Assembly (NCBI RefSeq): GCF_009914755.1
Contig: NC_060938.1
Length of the DNA: 64,000 nucleotides
Source of the DNA: the human T2T-CHM13v2.0 reference genome, Homo sapiens
Direction: 5' to 3' (one strand)
A program made the translations under genes and the position numbers. This document shows positions 55,450 through 64,000 of the stretch, piece after piece. Below the pieces are notes generated by a model. That model was not told the DNA's origin and searched no databases. It was given only the letters and a program-made list of their open reading frames with translations. How positions within the stretch are numbered: position 1 is the first letter of the stretch; each line of letters begins with the position of its first letter.

Positions 55450-56029
55450 AAGGAAACTGAAAAAAATTAAAAATTAAAATATAATTTTTGCCATATTTAA
55501 AATGGTTGTCACAGGGGCAACAGGCTAAAGTGGCCCATGCAAAGCTATTTTTTAATGGGAAAATTTTACATCTATAGAGAATCTCCATTAATGCAGTGTT
55601 GTCTCCCCTCGTCCAGATCTAAGAAAGATTAACTGAGAATCTGATAACTTCAGTGGCATAACAATAAATAATAATAATGATAATAATTACCATCTATTTT
55701 TTTCTAAAGGTTGCTACCTGTGAGGTTTCATCTATGTAACCAGATCACCTTTGCTAGCTATGCCTCCTCTTCCCCCTCTCCCATCACCTGCCTTGCCATT
55801 AAAGCCTGATATACCACTATAACCTGTTTGTAGCCATATTTTGAGCCTGCATTCTTTCTGTAGCCTCAAGATGGTATGTTAGTTTCCTATTGGGGGTCGG
55901 GCTTTCTTTCTAAAGGCTCTTATGTATAAGAATTAAATAAATTTATGTGCCTTTTCTCCTGTTAATCAATCTGCCTCACGACAGTGATTTTCAGCAAACT
56001 TTCAGGGGTCAAGCACCTTGGTCCCTTCA
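55450..56029 (+). mobile_element. ERV1 MER4-group solo LTR (LTR24/LTR37-like)
   Basis: tttacatctatagagaatctccattaatgcag...attaactgagaatctga...aataaatttatgtgccttttctcctgttaatc...ttttcagcaaactttcagggg. Confidence 0.7.
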
Positions 56030-58801
56030 TAACATATATTCATACACACATAACCTGACAACAAAAAGAAGGTAAACATTTGCTGCTCTTTGGAATCTCT
56101 GCTAAGGCTAAGCAGACCTTGTCTCTCTCTAGAAAAGTATGTAAATCAGGAGTAAGTCTGTACGCTCTCAAAATAAAGCATTAAAAGCATAAAACTGAGA
56201 AGATTTGTTGGGTGTTCTCTCAACCAGATATTAAAAATGTATATTTTTATATTGAATATCCTTGTTATTACTATAGAAACAAAATGTAGTTCCCAAAAGA
56301 AAAGAAAAATCGTGTTTTCTGGTTAAAAATAAAAGTTAGAGTACGATAATAATTTGTCCTTCTTAATAGAAAACATGGCTATAGATTGGGATAAAGACGA
56401 TAAACAAAGAAGATTGTACCATCAATTATTATAAGAAAATTTTATGACAAGGTTGTTAATAGATTCAGCCAGAATAAAAGACAGGAATTGTGGCACAGAA
56501 ATTAAAGTACTTGATGTCTAAGCCCAGTGTTAATCTATAGCTGTTGGAGGACATTGGAAAAAAGACAGATAAAAATTGCAGTGAAAGGCTGTCTATGCCC
56601 TTAGGTATCCTTTACAAATTCTAATTTGTTGTTGTTCACTGAACTGTTTCATTCTTTAAATAGCCCACACATTCTATTTACTCTAAAACCAGAATGACAA
56701 CCAAGGCCTTTTATGCATGTGCATGTTTGGGGAATAGAGTACATTTCCCAGAATGTTTGCCCAGTTTTTGTTTTAATTTTTTCTTCTTTACGAAAGACAG
56801 TAAAAACATATAGGCAAAATAACTTAAGCTTATGTCCCTGCTTTATTTTTGTGCTGTGCAACTTTGTTTTCAATTCTGTAATCTGAGGGTCATGCGCTTA
56901 GTTTGGCTGCTACTCTTAGGATACTATTATCATATGTATTTTCCTTTATCCTTCATTCTTTTGATATAATGATTTTGTTTCCCTAATAGTAAGACATATA
57001 TTATCAATCATGGCTCAATGGAATTACCAAAAACCAATAAAATATTTATTTAATATAAACAAAGTTGAATAAAATAATAGAGAAAAATACATTGGATGCT
57101 TGCAAAAGTACTACTATTGTAAAGTTGTGTGATTTCCTCCACTTGGTTTCATTCAGCCTCATGTGTTTTTAAATAGTTGAAAAATCATAATTTACCAGCA
57201 ATATTTTAGCTATTTCTTTGCCTAATATCATAAGACATACTTAGTCATGTTCCTGTATAATTTTCATAAACTCACTTTTAATACTTATATATGTTTAATA
57301 AATGCTCCACAATTTAATAAACTATTTTTTCCATTGGAACTTTAATTTTGCTATTTTTTACTTTCATCAATAACATTGTGTGGAACACGTATGCACATAT
57401 TTTTGGTCTGTAATTTGAATCAACTGAAATCATATATCTTTATTATATTCCTACTATAGATAATGTACCAGGTTAGCAATTTGAAATAAATAGATGGCTA
57501 ATATTGGTCTTTTTCTCAATGAATTCATATTAATATTTTAGCGAGGGAGACCATTAAAACATATGCACGGAAAATAGAGAGTTTCTTCTCAGTCCCACAG
57601 TATACAAAAATGTCATGTTAAAGAATTTAGAATTCAAATAGGAAAAAGAGAATAAATAAATTTATAAAACAACTTAATGTAATTTTATGTAATATGAAAT
57701 ATCAAACAAATTTTGTGTCTTTAAGGCCCATTAATTTTTGTGCATTAATGTCTATTAAAATTTTATTGTTTTTTCAAACTTTCAGCTCAAAAATAGTTGT
57801 AACATTTTAATTTCTTTTGCATTGAAATTTTTCTAGATTCCAATTATCTATTCTATAGTTCAAATGCATATTTAAACAAATATTCTTAGCCTACCAAAGA
57901 AGTTCTTACTCCACACTCCCCACTCAATTGTATAGATACACAATTTTACTTTACTCATGACAGTTTTATGGAAGGACCTATCTGTTAGAATGAGGCAAAT
58001 CATTTTAACTTCAATCCTTCAGTGTCTCTTTCACAGACTTTAGCTCATTTCCTTTTTGAGGATGTTGCATGTAACTCTAAAAGGGTTGACTTGGTCTCAT
58101 GTGACTTTTACCACTACTTCTGTACCTCATCTGTCATCTCAGCTTTATGTCCTTTGATGTTCCAAACTGCTAGTTCCTTTTTCCTGAATAATTCAACTGG
58201 ATTCCTAAAGACAAAGCTACAATTGATCCCAAGGTTCGTTGGCAATGATGTCTTAAAAGTCAGGTTAGAAAGAAACACTCAGCTGAGGAATTGAGAAGAT
58301 TCCAGATGGAGAAATTGTCATGAAACCACACATATAAGCCAGGAGAGCTTGACACAATCAGAAAACTGCATGAGGAGAAATCTTTTTTTCATCATTTCTT
58401 TTTTTTTTTTTTTGGTAGGGGGGAAGTGGCGCATTCATGAATTTAACGTTCCTGTAATTATCTGAACAAAGACCAAAACATTTTAGGCTATTTGCGATTG
58501 ATTTCTCTTATGCTATTGAATGAATCTAACCAATGGATCTTCAGCCTTACTCAGCATTATTACTTTCAGTTGACACCTGTTTCCACTTAATAAATTAATC
58601 TGTGTGACTTATTTCCGCTTCCAGCCATAAACAAGTAACAAAGATAAGATTTATCTTCCTGCTTAAAACAAGCAAAGAAAGGACACAATATATGAAACAA
58701 TGTTTTCCAAGTTATTGGACTTCAGGCAATGAAAGACAGCATTCATCAAGAGATGCGAAACAAGTGATGTGTGTGAGCCTCATGACTGCCTAGCTTTATT
58801 C

Positions 58802-59414
58802 TGTCAAAGCAAAAATTGCAACAAATTTAACCAGGCGAATAAGACTTTATTTAAGGTTATTGCTATAGGGATTAGAGACTGAATTCAATGCTGCTGGGGA
58901 AAAAAAATGGCAGGGGAATTTTTCAGCACTGGAAAATTTCTTCCACTAGAGCTAGTGAAAAAGTATTGCAGGAGAACACGAGAGGGGAGGTTGATCAATA
59001 TAATATTATTTGTGAGTTAATTGGAGTTATTTGGAGTAAATAAGAGTTATTCTTGAGTTTGCAAATGTTTTTCTCTATGATTGGGCCGTCTGTGTTTGTT
59101 ATTTGGTGCCCATGGGAGTTAGGATCCTACCCTCTAACAAAGACTGGGACATTAGGGTGCTATCACCTCCCATATTTATATTACACAGAGTTGGTTTACA
59201 GGTTCTTGAGGAAAATTTCTTGAATCCTAAAACTGTCAAGAGACTTTTAAAGAAATGTATATGCATTTCAAAGAAACAAAAAAATAATTTGTAGATTTAC
59301 AAATTTTCTAAACTAAGTATTCTACCTACTAAAAGGGATGTAAGTACTATGGTTGGGAAGAAACCTATCTAAAGTTTTGTTAAATTAAGTGCAATTTGAA
59401 GGCCACCTTGGTAA
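58802..59414 (-). mobile_element. MER67-like ERV1 solo LTR inserted in an old L1M 5'-end relic (58613-59485)
   Basis: tgtcaaagcaaaaattgca...ggagttaggatcctaccctctaacaaagactgggacattaggg...aaacctatctaaagtttt...aggccaccttggtaa. Confidence 0.75.
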
Positions 59415-60436
59415 CTGACTTGAGAGTTTCCTTATCAAGGAGCAAGGATGGAGAATCCATGGTTACCCTTGATGGTGTTGAGGTTTGTCTGATTCCTGTG
59501 CTCCAAAAAAGCAATGATGATTAAGTAATTGTTTGCTGCTTATCTTTGAAAATTGCTAACTTCCAGGGATCACCATTCCTCATGGCTAAGAATCTTCCTC
59601 ATAACTCCGTTGTTTGACTGCCTCTGTAGAACCTCAGACTGCCTTCCTTTACTCTGAAAATTTTCTTCAGAAATGAACTTTCTTACTATTGCAATAGGCT
59701 AAAAAAAATTTCTTCTGAATTATTTAATGCATTTTTTCTTTCACATATTTTATAACATGGCTCACAATCAGAACCTCATTTTCAAATCCCCCTTCACTCA
59801 ACCCAGGCCTGTTTGATCATCTCTGGACAGGTGACCCAGGATCCAAAGAGGAGTCTTGTTCATCTATAGGAGAACAAGAACTTGATTGTAATTATTTTTG
59901 ACTACTGGCTTGATTTTTGGTACTTGTTTCTTGTACTTTGTGTTTTATTTTTGATTTTTAATAGCTAATAAGTTATCCTATATTGGGAATTTGGTTTAAA
60001 GTCTAACAATTTGGTGATCTCAATAAACAGATGAATAGTTTATAGAGATCTTCACTTTATTGAGTGAGAGACAACAGGTAATCTGGTTTGTTAGTCTTCT
60101 CTATTGCCTGTTTGGAGCTCAAATCATTTAAGAATGGGTCCATACTGGGAAGAGAAAAAATCTATGTTATGTGTGAGCTTTTCTTATTTGTGTTTACTCT
60201 TGACTGAGGGATGTGATTTACAATTGAAGTTATAAGGTCTTGACATGTGTCTGTATGTATATTTATGTATCTGTAATTCAGAGAAGTCTTTATCACATTC
60301 ATTGTGTAATATTTGCCTACCTCTAAATGGTATTACCAAATTAGATTATGAAATGTCATAAAGGAGCTTCAATATGATTGGTTTAGAGATAAATGGTCAT
60401 ATATGAATATATTTGTCTTAACTTTAAAAAATAAAA

Positions 60437-60948
60437 TGTCTTGGGTTCCTTTGTGTTGCTATAAAGGAATACCTGAGGCTGGGTAATTTCTAAAAAACAG
60501 AGTTTTACTTGCCTCACAGTTCTGCAGGCTGCATAAGAAACATGACGCTAGCTAGCATCTGCTTTTGGTGAGGGCTTCTGGGAGCTTCCTCTCATGGCAG
60601 AAGGGAATAAGAGAGCATATATTCATGTCAAGAGAGGAAGGAAGGAAAAGGGGAAAGAGGTGCCAGGTTGTTTTCCACAATCATCTCTGGCAGAAGGGAA
60701 TAAGAGAGCATATATTCATGTCAAGAGAGGAAGGAAGGAAAAGGGGAGAGAGGTGCCAGGTTGTTTTCCACAATCATCTCTGGCAAAAACTAATAGAGCA
60801 GGGACTTACTCAGTACTTGGATGGCACCAAGATACTCATGAGGGATCTGCCCCCATGATTCAAACACCTCACAGAAGGCTCCATCTCCAACATTGGAGAT
60901 CACATTTAAACATGGGATTTGGAGTGAACAAATACGCAAACTTTATTA
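60437..60948 (-). mobile_element. MSTB-like MaLR LTR with an internal 93-bp duplication
   Basis: gtgttgctataaaggaatacctgaggctgggtaattt...catgagggatctgcccccatgattcaaacacctc...acatgggatttggag. Confidence 0.9.
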
Positions 60949-61344
60949 GAAAATAATGAAATTAAACTTTTAAGACTTCATTGTTCTAGATTTTAAAAAT
61001 CTCCCTACAAAAACCAGCTTGAAAATGTTTTGAGAATTCAAGTCTCCACAAGTTTTAGTGTTAAGCATAGCATACATATAGATTTTTATTCTATTTGAGT
61101 ATGTTCTCCTTACATTTATACAGGTTTATTGATTGGATAAGTTTGCATTACTCTTGCTTAATGTGTAAGATTATAAAAATATAAATATGTTTTAACCAAA
61201 TCGAACCATTATTCTGACATAACTAATTCAATAATAATTTTATTTTGCAGTGTTTTAGCTTAAAAATAATTTAAAGAATTTTAGGTAACTTGCAAACTTG
61301 GAATGATAGTATATTGAGTAAATTAACATTCAACAGACACCTAG

Positions 61345-61657
61345 ATTATTATTATTATTAATCATTATTATTATTTTTGAGACGGAGTCTTGTTCTATCA
61401 CCCAGGCTGGAGTGTAGTGGCACAATCTCGGCTCAATGAAACCTCTGCCTCTGAGGTTCAAGCTATTCTCCTGCCTCAGCCTCCCAAGTAGCTGGGACGA
61501 CAGGCACCCGACAACACGCCATTATAATTTTTGTATTTTTAGTAGAGGCAGGGTTTCACCATGTTGGCCAGGATGGTCTCAATCCTTGACCTCGTGATCT
61601 GCCAGCCTTGGCCTCCCAAAGTGCTTGGATTACAGGCGTGAGCCACCGCACCCGGCC
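61345..61657 (-). mobile_element. AluS (Sc/Sg-like) with (ATT)n tail
   Basis: gagacggagtcttg...gacctcgtgatc...ccaccgcacccggcc; TSD acacct(a/g)gattatt. Confidence 0.95.
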
Positions 61658-63864
61658 TACACCTGGATTATTTTTAAGAGAACATTGCTACATTGGTTAC
61701 TAAGCCTAATCTATATGTATATGCTGTTCCTTTTTTTTTATGCTACAGAGAGGCTATGTCTTTGGGTTTGTAATGAATGTTTGTTTCTGCTACTTTGAGA
61801 ACTGTATAAATGATGTGCATGGCTGTAGAAAGTTGTGTTATGTGTATTCATCAGCTCTATGAGCTTGCTGCACAAGACAACTGCATGATAGCCAATGCAA
61901 AAGTATTAATACCACTAATTCTCAATTTTATCTGTAACACCGGTGTTAGTTGACTTAATTGAAAGTTATGTGATTTAGATTATAATTAAAGGCTATTATT
62001 TTAAAGAAATATAACTGTGTATTCTATTATTCAAAGAAATATAGTTTTCTCCTAAATTAGTGTGTTTTCTTTCTTTTTTATTTGTTTGGGGTTTTTGCTT
62101 TTGTTTTTGGACTCCATAGCTCTTTTCACTCTTAAAAGTTTTTGATGACCTCAAAGAGCATGACAAACATTGATATTTACTTTATTGGAAAATAAAACTA
62201 AAAAACTTAAAATGCTCATGTATTGGTTAATTTTAATATGGCAATGATAAATTATTGCTCATTAATAACATCTTAGTAATATTATTAACTTCATTCTGAC
62301 CTCATATATCCCCTGAAATTAGTCCTAAAGTATGCGTCTTCCAGAACATTAAAGAGAATAATGAATGGCAACATTTGGAAATGAATTATATTTGCCTTGG
62401 TTTATTAAATCTGAGTCTGAAATGCTACAAAGTGTGTTGAAATCTCAGTAAAGTTTGCTTAGTTTGATGGGCTTCTCTCTTTGGTTTACTGTTTATTTTC
62501 CTCATCCATAATATAGTTACTACCAATGAGTTTCATGAGAGAAGATATTGCCAAATCAAATGACATCCCTTAGCCTTCCCTAGGCTAAATACATATTGGT
62601 AAAATGTTATTAATCTAATATTGCAGAAATTGTACATTGTATGGGAGTTTCCCAGATAGTTGTCAATGTCCTCACTGTCTACAATTCTATTCATCAGTCT
62701 TGGTGCTACTTCATCTGATATGAGCCAGCAGCAGAATGGTGTTATAAATCATAATTTCAGTGATTTTTTAAAATGTTAACTTGATTACAACCATGTTTCC
62801 TTAGCTTAAATTTAGAATCTTCCAGGACAGCAGTTTCCATGAGATTTGTATCACTTACCTATGAAGCTTTACTAAGATATAGATGCTTAGGATCTATTCC
62901 CGACTTAAGGAGTCAATTAGCTGTATATATTTTTGATATATTCTAACTATATGTTTAGTATGTCCATGGTATATTATGACTGAATTATACATTGTAGCTG
63001 AAGTATTTTTCACTATATTTTATCAAGTTTTAAAAGATTAGACATAATAGCCATTCCTGAAAATTGAGTTAATAGTTATGATTATAGTAGATATTTTGTC
63101 TGAAACCTTCTGAATTCACCTCATTATCTTGCTTTTACATGTCACAGAAACAACCACATTTATCAGTTGCATTATTCTTTTTAGGAACTCTCATTAGATC
63201 ATTCTGTTCTGAAATTATCAATTATAAGTTAACTGTAGTCAATTTACATCTTTTGTTACATACAAATAAGTTTTTTGTTTTGCTCTAATGCTTCCCTGAA
63301 AGAACTTGCAATCAGCTTCAGGGTGTACTGTTCCATATACAAGAAATGTCTCAAATCCCTGAAGAAAAGCAATCTGCCACATAGAGGCTTCTGATGGCAT
63401 CATTTAAACAACTTTGAGATTATTCCACTGATGAGTAAAGATTTCCAGTACTCTAGTCAAGAAGCTGATAGTTTACAGGATTGCAAACCCAAAATGAAAT
63501 AGAAAACAAAATTAGTTATATAGGACTGAATGAACTAATGAGGTGTAATTATGATTTTTAAAAGTATATTATTTGTATTTTGATGTTTATTTCCTTAACA
63601 TATGTTTGTTTCATTAATTCATGTTTATTTCCTTAATATTTCACTTTCCCTTTAAGGTATCTATAATTCATAATTAAACAGACTGCTTTTGCAAATTGAT
63701 ATAAAACATTTAAAATGATATATTATTCCCCCCGCCTAACCTATGCAGCATTTCAAAGCTCTGAGTATTTTTTATCTTAATGACAATATAATTGCTTGCA
63801 TAGACTAAATAAGAATCTAAATAATAATGTCTTTTGTCAAGATATAATTTGATAATTTAGTTAA

Positions 63865-64000
63865 TATGCTAACAGATGAAATAAAATCAATCATGGAAAA
63901 AACTCAATATAAAACAAGACAAAAAAGAAAAAGAACAAAGAATATATTCAACAAATAAAAAAAAAATAGTAAGCTGATAGATTTTAGCCCCAAAATATCA
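63865..64000 (+). mobile_element. Old L1M fragment (region just upstream of ORF2)
   Basis: A-rich aacagatgaaataaaat...aaatagtaagctgatagattttagccccaaaatatca. Confidence 0.55.

Larger units (their letters stand above)
59485..63850 (+). mobile_element. Partial ERV1 LTR (to ~59745) plus AT-rich MER4-group internal sequence
   Basis: LTR-like end cttactattgcaataggct...tttctttcaca, then internal motifs typical of MER4-group elements (aaaggagcttcaatatgattggtttagagataaat; ataggactgaatgaactaatgagg; ttgcatagactaaataagaatct). Confidence 0.6.

Noticed and set aside
51120-59414. Two same-strand MER67-like LTRs as the ends of one provirus
   Set aside because: The intervening DNA contains MIRs and unrelated LTRs rather than internal sequence, and the two LTRs are quite dissimilar. 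They are independent solo LTRs.

Overview
AT-rich primate (human-like) non-coding genomic DNA with no recognisable host protein-coding exon, RNA gene or CpG island. Roughly half or more of the window is a layered fossil record of transposable elements: L1s of many ages (ancient L1M, L1MC, L1MB, L1MA, L1PB, L1PA), about 13 Alus or Alu fragments, MaLR LTRs (MLT1, THE1, MST), an MLT2 LTR, several MER4-group/ERVL LTRs, a decayed ERV1 pol-env block, ERV internal sequence, MIR/L2 relics, a MER47 MITE and micro/minisatellites. All ORFs in the track are explained by repeats or chance. I see no convincing novel multi-gene system. The best oddities are small-scale: a ~135-bp probable retroposed mRNA 3' end inside an MLT1F LTR, a 33-bp-arm pre-miRNA-like hairpin, an LTR-less ERV pol-env block with an isolated 99-bp paralog 2.5 kb away, several tiny templated L1-derived insertions, and two near-perfect recent tandem duplications. 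Subfamily names come from my recollection of consensus sequences, not from a database search, and element boundaries without TSDs are approximate.
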